Made by a program: the position numbers and the translations under genes. From assembly GCF_000354175.2 (NCBI RefSeq), contig NC_022349.1:1800001-1832000 (forward strand): a stretch of DNA of 32,000 bases, written 5' to 3'. The stretch's first letter is position 1, and every line of letters begins with the position of its first letter. Of this stretch, positions 1 to 9,082 are shown piece by piece. Below the pieces are notes generated by a model that saw only the letters and a list, made by a program, of their open reading frames with translations, was not told the DNA's origin and ran no database searches. This stretch comes from Vibrio alginolyticus NBRC 15630 = ATCC 17749. Its GTDB lineage: Bacteria > Pseudomonadota > Gammaproteobacteria > Enterobacterales > Vibrionaceae.

Positions 1-349
1 TTCTCTTTCATTTCCTCTAATCGTTAGAACGTAAAGTGTGTTACGCGAAGCACGACCTTAATAGAAACAACTAGCAAACAACCGTTTTCGTTCTATTCTT
101 AATTCTGTAACAAAACTATTGCTTAATGCGTCACGTAAAAAGGAGTGTATTGGGTAAGGGTTCCTTTAGAGAGGTTATTTTTGGGGTAATCCTCACGCTA
201 TTTAAGAGATGACACTGTCAAATTGTCTAAGACAACACAATTCTCCGACGCAACACCCTACATCTGTATTTAATACTATTGCTGTCACAATAATTTTCGC
301 GTCCAGAACGTAGAATACCTAGGCTAGGTTAGATAAAAGGAAAGTAAAT

Positions 350-556
350 ATGAGACTGTTTAAGCGCTATACACCAAGTATGATTGCTAAACATATAAGT
401 CGTCTTTTTAAAGGAAGAATTTATATTTACGGGGTCGGTAGATTCGAGTTTGATAACGGTAAGTTAATACTGCCGGAGAAAGCAGAGCAACGCCATTTCC
501 GAGCGGTCAAAGAGATCAATCAAGAAATAATGAAACTCCGATGCGCATATGCTTAG
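350..556 (+). CDS. hypothetical small basic protein (68 aa), no family recognised
   Basis: The ATG has an AAGGAA-like SD about 8 nt upstream. The ORF ends about 20 nt before a stem-loop plus T-run (574-597). The protein is Lys/Arg-rich. I recognise no homolog. Confidence 0.4.
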   Translation: MRLFKRYTPSMIAKHISRLFKGRIYIYGVGRFEFDNGKLILPEKAEQRHFRAVKEINQEIMKLRCAYA

Positions 557-573
557 CAAAATGTTGATAAAAC

Positions 574-597
574 AAAGGCTGGATTAACCAGCCTTTT
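574..597. terminator. bidirectional rho-independent terminator between the small ORF and ubiI
   Basis: Sequence is aaaGGCTGGattaaCCAGCCtttt, a 6-bp GC-rich stem flanked by an A-run and a T-run. It lies between convergent ORFs. Confidence 0.6.
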
Positions 598-621
598 GTG
601 TATTTGAAGTTCGCTTTGCAC

Positions 622-1830
622 TTACTGACGCGCCAGATCCGGCAAGTGTCCCTTTAAACCAAGCGCGCGCTTCATGATCTCATCTTTCGCTCCCGGCAGT
701 TGCCCCGCTAAACTTAAGCCAATGCCACGAACGAGCTTCTTAGCTGGGTTCTCGCCAGAGAACAAATCTCGAAACCCTTGCATAGTAGCGATCATCTTTG
801 CCGCTTCCGCTTTTCGCCAACGCTCGTAGCTTCTTAGGTTGCGTTTACTACCGATATCTTGTCCCTGCTTCCAAAGTGCTAACACCTCTTGAGCAAGACT
901 GGCCGCATCTAATAAACCCAAATTCACACCCTGCCCCGCTAATGGGTGAATGGTATGGGCCGCATCACCAACCAGCGCGACTCGCTCGACGACAAAATCT
1001 CGCGCATAGCGCATTTTCAAAGGAAACGCAGCACGCTCTCCCACTACTTCACATAGACCAAGTCGAGCATCAAACTCACTCGTCAACGCTTTATTGAAAT
1101 CATGTTCACTCATCGCCACTAACTGCTCTGCTCGATTTGGCTCCGTGGACCAAACAATAGAGCACATATTTGGTTGCGACATTGGCAAAAATGCCAACGG
1201 TCCGTGAGGAGTAAATATCTGGCGCGCAATGCTGTTGTGTGGCATAGCAGTTTTGACATTCGCGACCAAAGCATGATGACCATAGTCCCAATGCGTTAAT
1301 GGAATATCCATTTGATGGCGAAGCCACGAATTCGCCCCATCGGCTCCGACCACTAATTTAGCGGTCATGGCTTGGCCATTATCGAGCGTCAGCCAGCTTT
1401 CTTGCTCACCGACCGCGAGAGTCGCGCAACGTGCAGGCATAAACATAGTGACGTTATCGAGCTTTTGGACTTGTTCAAGCAGCGCAAGTTGAATCACACG
1501 ATTCTCAACAATGTGCCCTAAATCAGGTTGTGCCATACTTTGTGCATTAAATTCAATACTGGCAAAGCTATCTTGTTCCCATACTTCCATGCCATGGTAA
1601 GGTGAAGCTCGGCGCTGTTCTATGCCCTGCCAAGCACCAAGTTTACGCAAAATCGTCTCACTAGAGCGGCTCAGCGCAGACACACGAACATCGGGCAATT
1701 CTTTCAACGAATCATCTGGCACTTTACCTTCAATAACGGCGACACGCAGATCACTGTCTTTGAACGCGGCAGCAAGTGCCAACCCAACCATCCCTCCGCC
1801 GATGATGGCGATATCTACACTTTGCATCAT
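622..1830 (-). CDS. ubiI: 2-octaprenylphenol hydroxylase (FAD-dependent ubiquinone biosynthesis monooxygenase UbiI/VisC)
   Basis: 402 aa. N-terminal MQSVDIAIIGGGMVGLA is an FAD GxGxxG fold. The protein is near-collinear with E. coli VisC as I recall it (DGANSWLR, VGDAAHTIHPLAGQGVNLG, FRDLFSG.NPAKKL). It lies directly downstream of ubiH, as in E. coli. Confidence 0.9.
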   Translation of the reverse strand: MMQSVDIAIIGGGMVGLALAAAFKDSDLRVAVIEGKVPDDSLKELPDVRVSALSRSSETILRKLGAWQGIEQRRASPYHGMEVWEQDSFASIEFNAQSMAQPDLGHIVENRVIQLALLEQVQKLDNVTMFMPARCATLAVGEQESWLTLDNGQAMTAKLVVGADGANSWLRHQMDIPLTHWDYGHHALVANVKTAMPHNSIARQIFTPHGPLAFLPMSQPNMCSIVWSTEPNRAEQLVAMSEHDFNKALTSEFDARLGLCEVVGERAAFPLKMRYARDFVVERVALVGDAAHTIHPLAGQGVNLGLLDAASLAQEVLALWKQGQDIGSKRNLRSYERWRKAEAAKMIATMQGFRDLFSGENPAKKLVRGIGLSLAGQLPGAKDEIMKRALGLKGHLPDLARQ

Positions 1831-1861
1831 TGCTTTTTATTACCTAATTCAGTGCGGCCGT

Positions 1862-3040
1862 TCATCGTTTTACCAAGCCAAGTGTATGGCGTAGTAGCGG
1901 CTGCTTAAAAATAGAAAGGTTATCCATCGCTGCTAAGGCAGTATTTCGGCCAATTCGCATCGCGGGTAAATCATTTGAAAAAACATGCACCAAGGCACTG
2001 GTTAGCCAAATAGTTTCGCTTCGATCTGCTTCTCTACGTTGACTAAAGCGCATCAGGCCTTGATAAAGACCCACATCCTCACTTTGGTGCACAATTTCTT
2101 CTGCTAGTGAGACTACATCGCGAATACCGAGATTAAAGCCTTGTCCAGCTATCGGGTGCAGCGTTTGCGCCGCATTTCCAACAATCGCAAAGCGATGTGA
2201 AATATTTTGCTTTCGATGGCGAAGAAGCAATGGGTAACTTGCACGACGCCCCACTTTTTTCATCGCGCCTAAACGCCAACCAAAATCGTTCTGTAAATGC
2301 TGGAGAAATGCTTGATCAGATAACTCAAGAACGGCTTGGGCTTCTTCAGGGTGCAAACACCAAACTAAGGACATTCGATTGTCACTCATTGGCAATAAAG
2401 CAACAGGGCCATTTTCAGTAAAACGTTCAAAGGCTCTACCTTGATGAGGTTCTTGAGTCACAATATTGGCAATGACAGCCACTTGTTCAAAATCTTGCTC
2501 AGAAAGTTCTAGACCAATTTTCTGACAACAGGTCGAAACAGCACCATCTGCAGCCACCAGCAGTTTTGCTTCAAGTTGCTCACCACTTTTCAACGTCACA
2601 TGGGTACAGTTTTGCTCGCGCTCGATATCGGTAACGGAGTCAGGACAAAACAGCGTAATTGATTCGCTGCTGTCTAATAATTCTTGATATACACGCCCAA
2701 CATCGGCTAATTCTACAACATACCCTAGAGCTTCAACCCCAACCTCTTGCTTGGTAATCTCCGTCATCCCAGCATGAGAACGGTCAGAAACGTGGATATG
2801 TTCAATGGGTGTGACAAACGGTTCTACTGACGTCCAGAGCTGTAGTTGACGCAACAGATTGACAGTACCGTAAGACAATGCGATTGAGCGAGAGTCAAAA
2901 CCAGGGTGCATATCTGATTGTGCTTTAAAAGGCTCAACGACGGCAATGCGGAGCTTTCCCTGAGACAAATGGTCAATCGCCAATGCTAACGTTGCACCAG
3001 CCATGGCACCACCAGCAATGACTACATCATATTGCTTCAT
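1862..3040 (-). CDS. ubiH: 2-octaprenyl-6-methoxyphenol hydroxylase
   Basis: 392 aa, the same length as E. coli UbiH. Motifs seen: VVIAGGAMAGATLALAI, RAFERFT..GP.A.LPM, GNAAQTLHPIAGQGFNLG.RDV. Confidence 0.9.
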   Translation of the reverse strand: MKQYDVVIAGGAMAGATLALAIDHLSQGKLRIAVVEPFKAQSDMHPGFDSRSIALSYGTVNLLRQLQLWTSVEPFVTPIEHIHVSDRSHAGMTEITKQEVGVEALGYVVELADVGRVYQELLDSSESITLFCPDSVTDIEREQNCTHVTLKSGEQLEAKLLVAADGAVSTCCQKIGLELSEQDFEQVAVIANIVTQEPHQGRAFERFTENGPVALLPMSDNRMSLVWCLHPEEAQAVLELSDQAFLQHLQNDFGWRLGAMKKVGRRASYPLLLRHRKQNISHRFAIVGNAAQTLHPIAGQGFNLGIRDVVSLAEEIVHQSEDVGLYQGLMRFSQRREADRSETIWLTSALVHVFSNDLPAMRIGRNTALAAMDNLSIFKQPLLRHTLGLVKR

Positions 3041-3063
3041 ACTAACCTCTGGACGGTCTACGA

Positions 3064-3654
3064 TTAGTGAATAGTAGGTTTTTTGTCGCTGCTTTCAGGA
3101 CGAACACCAAATTCAGCATGAATCGTTAGTACGCAAGCTTTGATGTGCTCAATCACTTGCTCTAGCAATTGCGCTTGTTCACCAAGATCGTCATCTTCAT
3201 CGATGCCTAATTTGGCAATCTCTTCTAGGTCAGCCAGTGCTTCTTTAGCGTCATCAGATGCTTTATTAAGCGCAACGCCTGCTAGACCTAACCCAGAAAT
3301 AAAGTGGTTTACAAAGTCGGACACACTGTCGGCTAATGCGAATAAGCCTTCTTCGCCCGGCTCATCTGGCAATAGTAAAGACAGCTCCATTGATGTGCCA
3401 GTAAGCTCATTAACAGTAACGTTGAATATGCTCTGAGCAAAAGTGAGTGCTGTCGAGGGCCACCCCATCCCATCATTGGTGTAGTCAAAAAGAATCGGCT
3501 GCCAAGTTTGATCATTGATCGCCAATCCACCACTTAACATGCCAACAAATAAGCCATGTAACTCCGCCGGTGTCACAGCCAGGCTTGCCGATTGCAGTTC
3601 AGCAGCAATAGATTGGTATTCAGGAAGGGTGATTTCACTCATAACTTGGCTCAT
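3064..3654 (-). CDS. ygfB: UPF0149 family protein YgfB
   Basis: 196 aa acidic protein. It sits upstream of ubiH and divergent from zapA, the E. coli ygfB position. The sequence resembles the YgfB family (LP.Y..., ELHG...G.L.GG). Confidence 0.75.
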   Translation of the reverse strand: MSQVMSEITLPEYQSIAAELQSASLAVTPAELHGLFVGMLSGGLAINDQTWQPILFDYTNDGMGWPSTALTFAQSIFNVTVNELTGTSMELSLLLPDEPGEEGLFALADSVSDFVNHFISGLGLAGVALNKASDDAKEALADLEEIAKLGIDEDDDLGEQAQLLEQVIEHIKACVLTIHAEFGVRPESSDKKPTIH

Positions 3655-3891
3655 TCTTGCGTAATAATGTATTGGTATATCCTACCATCAAGGTTAGTGG
3701 TCTGAAACGGCTATCAAATTCAATTTTGGACAGCATTTGTTCAATTTGCCCAATTCCTGTGTGATCTCGTCATCATTTCTCTTTCTGTGATGGGAAATGC
3801 TTGAATCTTAATAGCGGTTTTCCTATAGTTTGCTCCTCGGTAGTTGTATGAAGCAACACCTTAGATAGCGCGAATATAGAGTTTATTCATC

Positions 3892-4200
3892 ATGAGCAAT
3901 CAAGCGATCGACGTTGAAATATTAGGCAAACTTACACGTGTGAATTGTCCGACAGGACAAGAAGAGTCTCTTGTTGCAGCGGCAAAAGATCTGGATCGCC
4001 GATTGAAAGAAATGAGCGAACGTACTAAGGTAACCAATGAAATCCAACTGCTGACCTTTGCTGCATTGAATATTTGCTATGAGTTGCACACCAAGTCATA
4101 CGAATCCAATGGTCAACAGCAAGAAATTACTGAGCGAATGGAAAAGCTCACCGCGTCTTTAGAGAACGCACTAAGCAAAGTTACGCAAGGACAGCAGTAA
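3892..4200 (+). CDS. zapA: cell division protein ZapA
   Basis: 102 aa. The N-terminus (..VEILGK..RVNCP...E..L..AA..L...L) and coiled-coil C-terminus are typical of ZapA. It is followed by ssrS-ygfA, as in E. coli. Confidence 0.9.
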   Translation: MSNQAIDVEILGKLTRVNCPTGQEESLVAAAKDLDRRLKEMSERTKVTNEIQLLTFAALNICYELHTKSYESNGQQQEITERMEKLTASLENALSKVTQGQQ

Positions 4201-4207
4201 ATACAAA

Positions 4208-4393
4208 ATTTACCCTGGGGTGTGCGTCAGCAGGATTTAAGTCCCTGAGCCGATAAGCAATACCTAAGGGTTAGTATTTGGTAACTATTGAGCAAGCTCG
4301 GCATGCACCGAGAAGCCTACGGTTGTCATTGCTGATCCGCCTTGAACCAGCTGGTTCAAGGGCCACAATCCTCAACGGCACCCTGGGGTATTC
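4208..4393 (+). ncRNA. ssrS: 6S RNA (RNA polymerase sigma70-holoenzyme regulator)
   Basis: Blocks match E. coli 6S RNA as I recall it: GTCCCTGAGCCGATA, GCTCGG..CCGAGAAGCCT, CCTTGAACCAG..GGTTCAAGGG. The 5' ACCCTGGGGTG pairs with the 3' CACCCTGGGGT (with G-U pairs) to close the terminal stem. The zapA-ssrS-ygfA context is conserved. Ends are approximate (+/-5 nt). Confidence 0.85.
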
Positions 4394-4398
4394 TCTCT

Positions 4399-4998
4399 AT
4401 GTCAGACCTCTCTCGACAAGACTTCCGCAAACTGATTCGTGAAAAGCGCAACGCTCTGTGCAGTGATACGCAATACCAAGCGGGAATCGACCTTATTACT
4501 CAATTTTCCCAACTTCCTGAAATCGATCAGGCGCAACATATTGCCATCTACCTTTCTGCAGACGGTGAGCTTGATACTAAACCGCTCATTGAATGGTTAT
4601 GGCAACAGGGAAAATCGGTTTATCTGCCCGTCATCCATCCCTTTTCTAAAGGTCAGTTACTGTTTCTTCAGTATATAAGTGATGAACAGCTCGTCTACAA
4701 CAAGTACGGCATCTTAGAGCCCAAGCTCGATATCAGACACCTCAAACCCGTTCGCCAGCTTGATTTAATCTGCACGCCTTTAGTTGGGTTCGACAGTATC
4801 GGACACCGCTTAGGCATGGGCGGAGGGTACTACGATCGTACTCTATCACGTTGGTTTATAACTGGAGAGGGAGCTAAACCTGTTGGTATCGCTCATGACT
4901 GCCAACATGTAGAACGCTTACCAATTGAAAGCTGGGATATTCCATTACCTAAGATCGTGACCCCAAGCCAAATATGGCAATGGGAAAGTGACAAGTAA
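4399..4998 (+). CDS. ygfA: 5-formyltetrahydrofolate cyclo-ligase
   Basis: Family motifs seen: LR...R, YL....E.DT..L, LD.I..P.VGFD..G.RLG.GGGYYDR. The ORF-track start at 4342 lies inside the 6S RNA. The in-frame ATG at 4399 sits immediately 3' of ssrS, as in the E. coli ssrS-ygfA transcript. Confidence 0.85.
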   Translation: MSDLSRQDFRKLIREKRNALCSDTQYQAGIDLITQFSQLPEIDQAQHIAIYLSADGELDTKPLIEWLWQQGKSVYLPVIHPFSKGQLLFLQYISDEQLVYNKYGILEPKLDIRHLKPVRQLDLICTPLVGFDSIGHRLGMGGGYYDRTLSRWFITGEGAKPVGIAHDCQHVERLPIESWDIPLPKIVTPSQIWQWESDK

Positions 4999-5014
4999 GC
5001 CGCTATAATCACGC

Positions 5015-5030
5015 CCGCAAACGTTAACGA
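5015..5030. promoter_or_regulatory. PurR-like operator (CCGCAAACGTTAACGA), just downstream of a perfect TATAAT at 5004-5009
   Basis: 12/16 match to the PurR consensus ACGCAAACGTTTGCGT. It sits 22 nt upstream of the rpiA ATG and 6 nt after a TATAAT hexamer. Confidence 0.35.
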
Positions 5031-5051
5031 ACATCTATTCAGGAGATTGGC

Positions 5052-5708
5052 ATGACTCAAGATGAAATGAAAAAAGCGGCTGGTTGGGCAGCACTAAAAT
5101 ATGTTGAGAAAGGCAGCATTGTCGGTGTTGGTACTGGCTCTACCGTGAATCACTTCATCGATGCACTAGGCACTATCAAAGATGATATTAAAGGTGCAGT
5201 GTCTAGCTCTGTCGCTTCAACTGAGCGCCTTAAAGAGCTTGGTATTGAAGTATACGAGTGTAACGATGTAATGAAGCTGGATGTGTATGTTGATGGCGCA
5301 GATGAGATCAACCCAGCACGTGAAATGATCAAAGGCGGCGGCGCGGCTCTGACTCGTGAGAAAATTGTCGCAGCAATCTCTGATAAGTTCGTATGTATCG
5401 TTGACGGCACTAAAGCAGTTGACGTACTTGGCCAGTTCCCATTGCCTGTTGAAGTAATCCCAATGGCACGCTCTTACGTGGCTCGTGAATTGGTAAAACT
5501 AGGTGGTGACCCAGCTTACCGTGAAGGCGTTGTGACTGACAACGGCAACGTGATTCTGGATGTGCACAATATGCAAATTACCAACCCGAAAGAAATGGAA
5601 GACAAAATAAACGGCATCGCTGGTGTGGTGACTGTGGGTCTTTTCGCTCATCGTGGTGCAGACGTAGTGATCACCGGCACACCAGAAGGTGCAAAAATTG
5701 AAGAATAA
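5052..5708 (+). CDS. rpiA: ribose-5-phosphate isomerase A
   Basis: 218 aa. Motifs seen: [24 protein letters not shown] and the C-terminal VVTVGLF. Confidence 0.95.
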   Translation: MTQDEMKKAAGWAALKYVEKGSIVGVGTGSTVNHFIDALGTIKDDIKGAVSSSVASTERLKELGIEVYECNDVMKLDVYVDGADEINPAREMIKGGGAALTREKIVAAISDKFVCIVDGTKAVDVLGQFPLPVEVIPMARSYVARELVKLGGDPAYREGVVTDNGNVILDVHNMQITNPKEMEDKINGIAGVVTVGLFAHRGADVVITGTPEGAKIEE

Positions 5709-5761
5709 ATAACAGCCCAAAATGAACCTATCTGGTTCACTTTTCTGTTATTTCATTACAT

Positions 5762-5787
5762 ACGGTGCTGCAAGGCACCGTTTTTTA
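5762..5787 (+). terminator. rho-independent terminator of rpiA
   Basis: ACGGTGCtgcaagGCACCGTttttt. A weaker hairpin (TGAACCtatctGGTTCA) lies at 5723-5739. Confidence 0.7.
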
Positions 5788-5875
5788 TTCCTTTCTATAA
5801 GAAAATTATCTCTTATTCCGTAATTTTCTTACCCAAAGCAATTTTTTTTGTTACTTTATTGAACAGAAGACGCAC

Positions 5876-5891
5876 AGGGAAACGTTTGTCT
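5876..5891. promoter_or_regulatory. PurR-like operator (AGGGAAACGTTTGTCT) upstream of serA
   Basis: 12/16 match to the PurR consensus with an AAACGTTT core. It lies about 95 bp upstream of the serA ATG. Confidence 0.3.
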
Positions 5892-5981
5892 TCCTACAAA
5901 ACTGTTAATTATCCCCTTTTTAATAGTTTTGTCCAATGTGCGCCACATTAGCCCACCTTTCCATTTTAAGGACGAGAAAAA

Positions 5982-7214
5982 ATGGCCAAAGTTTCACTGG
6001 AAAAAGAAAAGATTAAGATCCTCTTGTTAGAGGGACTCCACCCTTCTTCAGTTGAAGTTCTTCAAGCAGCTGGTTATACCAACATTGAATACCATAAAGG
6101 TTCCCTTCCGGAAGAAGAACTAATTGAAGCGGTAAAAGACGTGCACTTCATTGGTATCCGCTCCCGTACGAACCTATCCGAAGAGGTAATCAATGCGGCG
6201 AACAAGCTGGTTGCAATTGGCTGTTTTTGTATTGGTACTAACCAAGTAAACCTAGATGCAGCAGCAAAACGCGGTATTCCTGTCTTTAATGCACCATTCT
6301 CTAACACTCGAAGCGTGGCAGAGCTTGTACTTGGGCAAATCCTTTTACTAGTGCGTGGTATTCCTGAAAAGAATGCACTTGCACATCGCGGTATTTGGAA
6401 GAAAAGTGCAGACAACTCTTACGAAGCTCGTGGTAAGTGCCTTGGCATTATCGGATACGGTCACATTGGTACGCAGCTTGGTATTATTGCCGAAAACTTA
6501 GGTATGCGCGTTTACTACTACGATATTGAGAACAAACTGTCCCTTGGTAATGCGACGCAAGTACATACCATGAGTGAACTATTGAACAAATGTGATGTGA
6601 TTTCTTTGCACGTTCCCGAAACACCGGAAACGAAAAACATGATGGGTGAAGCTGAATTTGCTCGAATGAAACCAGGTTCCATCTTTATCAACGCGGCACG
6701 TGGCACCGTTGTGGATATTCCTGCACTTTGCCATAGCTTAGAAGCTGGTCACCTTGCCGGCGCTGCAATTGATGTATTCCCAACTGAACCAAAAACAAAT
6801 GCTGACCCGTTCGAGTCTCCTTTACAAAAATTCGATAACGTCATTCTCACTCCACACGTTGGTGGTTCAACGCAAGAAGCACAAGAGAATATCGGCTTAG
6901 AAGTGGCGGGCAAACTGGCTAAGTACTCTGATAACGGCTCGACACTTTCAAGCGTAAACTTCCCTGAAGTGTCATTGCCAGAACACAGTGGAGAGTGCTC
7001 TCGTCTGCTTCATATCCACAAGAACCGTCCTGGTATTCTAACTCAGATCAACACCATCTTTGCTGAAGAAGGCATTAACATTGCCGCGCAGTACCTACAA
7101 ACAGCCGCTGAAATAGGCTACGTAGTGATCGACGTTGAAACTGAACGAGCAGAAGAAGCTCTAACAAAGCTCAAAAACATTGAAGGCACAATCCGTGCTC
7201 GTATCCTTCACTAA
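5982..7214 (+). CDS. serA: D-3-phosphoglycerate dehydrogenase
   Basis: 410 aa, the same length as E. coli SerA. N-terminus is MAKVSLEKEKIK.LL.EG.H. It has the NAD-binding GIIGYGHIGTQ motif and a C-terminal ACT domain (HIHKNRPG). Confidence 0.95.
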   Translation: MAKVSLEKEKIKILLLEGLHPSSVEVLQAAGYTNIEYHKGSLPEEELIEAVKDVHFIGIRSRTNLSEEVINAANKLVAIGCFCIGTNQVNLDAAAKRGIPVFNAPFSNTRSVAELVLGQILLLVRGIPEKNALAHRGIWKKSADNSYEARGKCLGIIGYGHIGTQLGIIAENLGMRVYYYDIENKLSLGNATQVHTMSELLNKCDVISLHVPETPETKNMMGEAEFARMKPGSIFINAARGTVVDIPALCHSLEAGHLAGAAIDVFPTEPKTNADPFESPLQKFDNVILTPHVGGSTQEAQENIGLEVAGKLAKYSDNGSTLSSVNFPEVSLPEHSGECSRLLHIHKNRPGILTQINTIFAEEGINIAAQYLQTAAEIGYVVIDVETERAEEALTKLKNIEGTIRARILH

Positions 7215-7233
7215 ACAGTGAAACAGAAACGAC

Positions 7234-7264
7234 AAAGGCAGGGGTTATGACTCCCTGCCTTTTG
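7234..7264. terminator. bidirectional terminator between serA and the yggE-like gene
   Basis: aaaGGCAGGGgttatgactCCCTGCCttttgc, located between convergent genes. Confidence 0.7.
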
Positions 7265-7285
7265 CTTTTTACTGTTTGCTAAGCC

Positions 7286-7978
7286 TTACTTTAGCTTATA
7301 AATGACATCGACTTGATCGCGAATGATCATAGTTGAATCTTGGTAGCTATTCGCTCCTTCTTTACTATCCATCGCCATTGAACGCATTAACACAGGCTGA
7401 ACGTGCATCTGTCTGTAATTGATCTGCCATACATCGCCCAACTTTTTCTCAAAACCAGTCGCTAATGACCCTGCTTTTTCTCTTGCGTCCTTAATCGCCG
7501 CCATTCGTGCCTTTTGCTGATACTCGGCTTGGTTGCTTACCTTAAGTTGAATATTATCAACCTGATTAATTCCCGCTTCTAACGCCATATCTAGGTATTG
7601 GTTAAGGTTTTTCAGATCCGTCACCGTGACATCAATACTGCGAGATGCTCGATACCCAACAAGTTCTGCTTTTCCTGATTTAGGGTAGTGGTACTGAGGA
7701 GCAAGGTATAAATTCGAGCTAGTAATATTGTCTTTTGACAAGCCGGCATCCGACAAGCTTTTTAGAAACTCTTCAACGGTTTTATCTACGGACAATTTCG
7801 CTTGTTCAGCCGTCATTGTCGTATCGACTACTTTTACAGAAAACGTAGCCATATCAGGTGTAGCCGTCACTTCGCCATACCCCGTTGTCGTAACATGAGC
7901 AAACTCTGGCGTATTCGCCAAAACTGAAGCACTGGTAAGGCTGAGTGCTGAAGCCAGCAAAAATGAATACAATTTCAT
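7286..7978 (-). CDS. yggE: periplasmic SIMPL/DUF541 family protein (YggE-like, oxidative-stress associated)
   Basis: 230 aa with a signal peptide (MKLYSFLLASALSLTSASVLA). The central and C-terminal sequence resembles the YggE/SIMPL family. It neighbours argO and mscS as yggE does in E. coli. Confidence 0.7.
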   Translation of the reverse strand: MKLYSFLLASALSLTSASVLANTPEFAHVTTTGYGEVTATPDMATFSVKVVDTTMTAEQAKLSVDKTVEEFLKSLSDAGLSKDNITSSNLYLAPQYHYPKSGKAELVGYRASRSIDVTVTDLKNLNQYLDMALEAGINQVDNIQLKVSNQAEYQQKARMAAIKDAREKAGSLATGFEKKLGDVWQINYRQMHVQPVLMRSMAMDSKEGANSYQDSTMIIRDQVDVIYKLK

Positions 7979-8185
7979 TCAATAAATCCATCCATACAAA
8001 ATTAAGTACTTAATCTCAGATTCCAACATCACTATCATGGCTGAGAAAGCGTGTGGTTTCATAATAGAAACTTCCGCCGATTATCCAAGCACCCATAGTG
8101 ACTTCTAACACAACTTTGACTATGTAACATTGGCGTAATTTTTAAACAAAACACACTAAGTTAACGATATGCAGCTCTGACAAAC

Positions 8186-9082
8186 TTATTGAGGTAGATG
8201 CTGCTGCGCATACCCCACTATCGCATGTGAGATTTCTTGTAGTACCCCAGTTTCTAACTGCCAGTGGTGCCAATAAATCCGATGGGACATTAAAAAACCT
8301 GGAGTCACATCAACCAACACACCTCTGTCTAATTCGTCGGTAATTTGCAAGCGGGGGATCAAGCAATAAGCTACACCAGCTAACGCCACTTTTAGAAACG
8401 CTTCAGAACTACTGATGTTGTGATGAATAACGCTGTCAGGATTGACGTTAAAGTGCTCGGTAAGAAATGTTTTATGTAGATCATCATATTGGTCATATGA
8501 AACGGCCGGTGCTTTTGCCAATGTCTGATTATTTACGCCTTTAGAAAAATAACGCTGATAGAACTCTGGGCTCGCGACACAAACATAATCGATGCGACCT
8601 AAATAGTCTGAGCTGCATCCGGGGATTGGCTGGGACTCCAAGCTGATCGCTCCTGTCACTTCGCCACTTTTGAGTTTTTCAATAGAGCGGTATTCACCAT
8701 AGATAGTCAGTTTTAGTTCAACTTGACGCTGCTTCATAACATTTTGCAGCGCTGGCAGTAGCCATGTTGCAAGGCTATCTGCATTAGTCGCTAAAGAGAG
8801 TTGCACAGGTCGCGTACTGGTATCATTTTTTAGTTCGGGGAGAATTTCATGCTCTAGCAAGCGTACTCGCCGATAAAGACCCAACAATTTTTTACCAATT
8901 GGCGTTGGCTTAGGTGGCTGGCTTCGAATTAAAACAGGCTGCGCGAGAAACTTCTCTAACTGCTTGATACGTTGAGAAATGGCGGATTGAGAAACAAATA
9001 AATGCTCGGCAGCACGCTCAAAGCTACCCTGATAAACTATAGCGTCTAATGCCTCAATCCATTTGTAATCTAACCCTCGCAT
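8186..9082 (-). CDS. argP: LysR-type transcriptional regulator ArgP (IciA)
   Basis: Collinear with E. coli ArgP as I recall it (DY..L.ALDA......[18 protein letters not shown]; [13 protein letters not shown]; SSEAF). The ORF-track start at 9106 is a TTG. The ATG at 9082 has an AGGAAAGG SD and gives a 298-aa protein (E. coli 297). Confidence 0.85.
   Translation of the reverse strand: MRGLDYKWIEALDAIVYQGSFERAAEHLFVSQSAISQRIKQLEKFLAQPVLIRSQPPKPTPIGKKLLGLYRRVRLLEHEILPELKNDTSTRPVQLSLATNADSLATWLLPALQNVMKQRQVELKLTIYGEYRSIEKLKSGEVTGAISLESQPIPGCSSDYLGRIDYVCVASPEFYQRYFSKGVNNQTLAKAPAVSYDQYDDLHKTFLTEHFNVNPDSVIHHNISSSEAFLKVALAGVAYCLIPRLQITDELDRGVLVDVTPGFLMSHRIYWHHWQLETGVLQEISHAIVGYAQQHLPQ

Noticed and set aside
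1-11. Possible minus-strand start codon (CAT at 9-11, reading ATGAAAGAGAA leftwards) with GAGG upstream
   Set aside because: Only 11 nt are visible and the SD-like GAGG is only 2 nt from the ATG. This cannot be supported from the window.
4342-4398. ORF-track N-terminal extension of ygfA (MNQLVQGPQSSTAPWGILS)
   Set aside because: It lies entirely within the conserved 3' half of 6S RNA. The homologous protein begins at the ATG at 4399.
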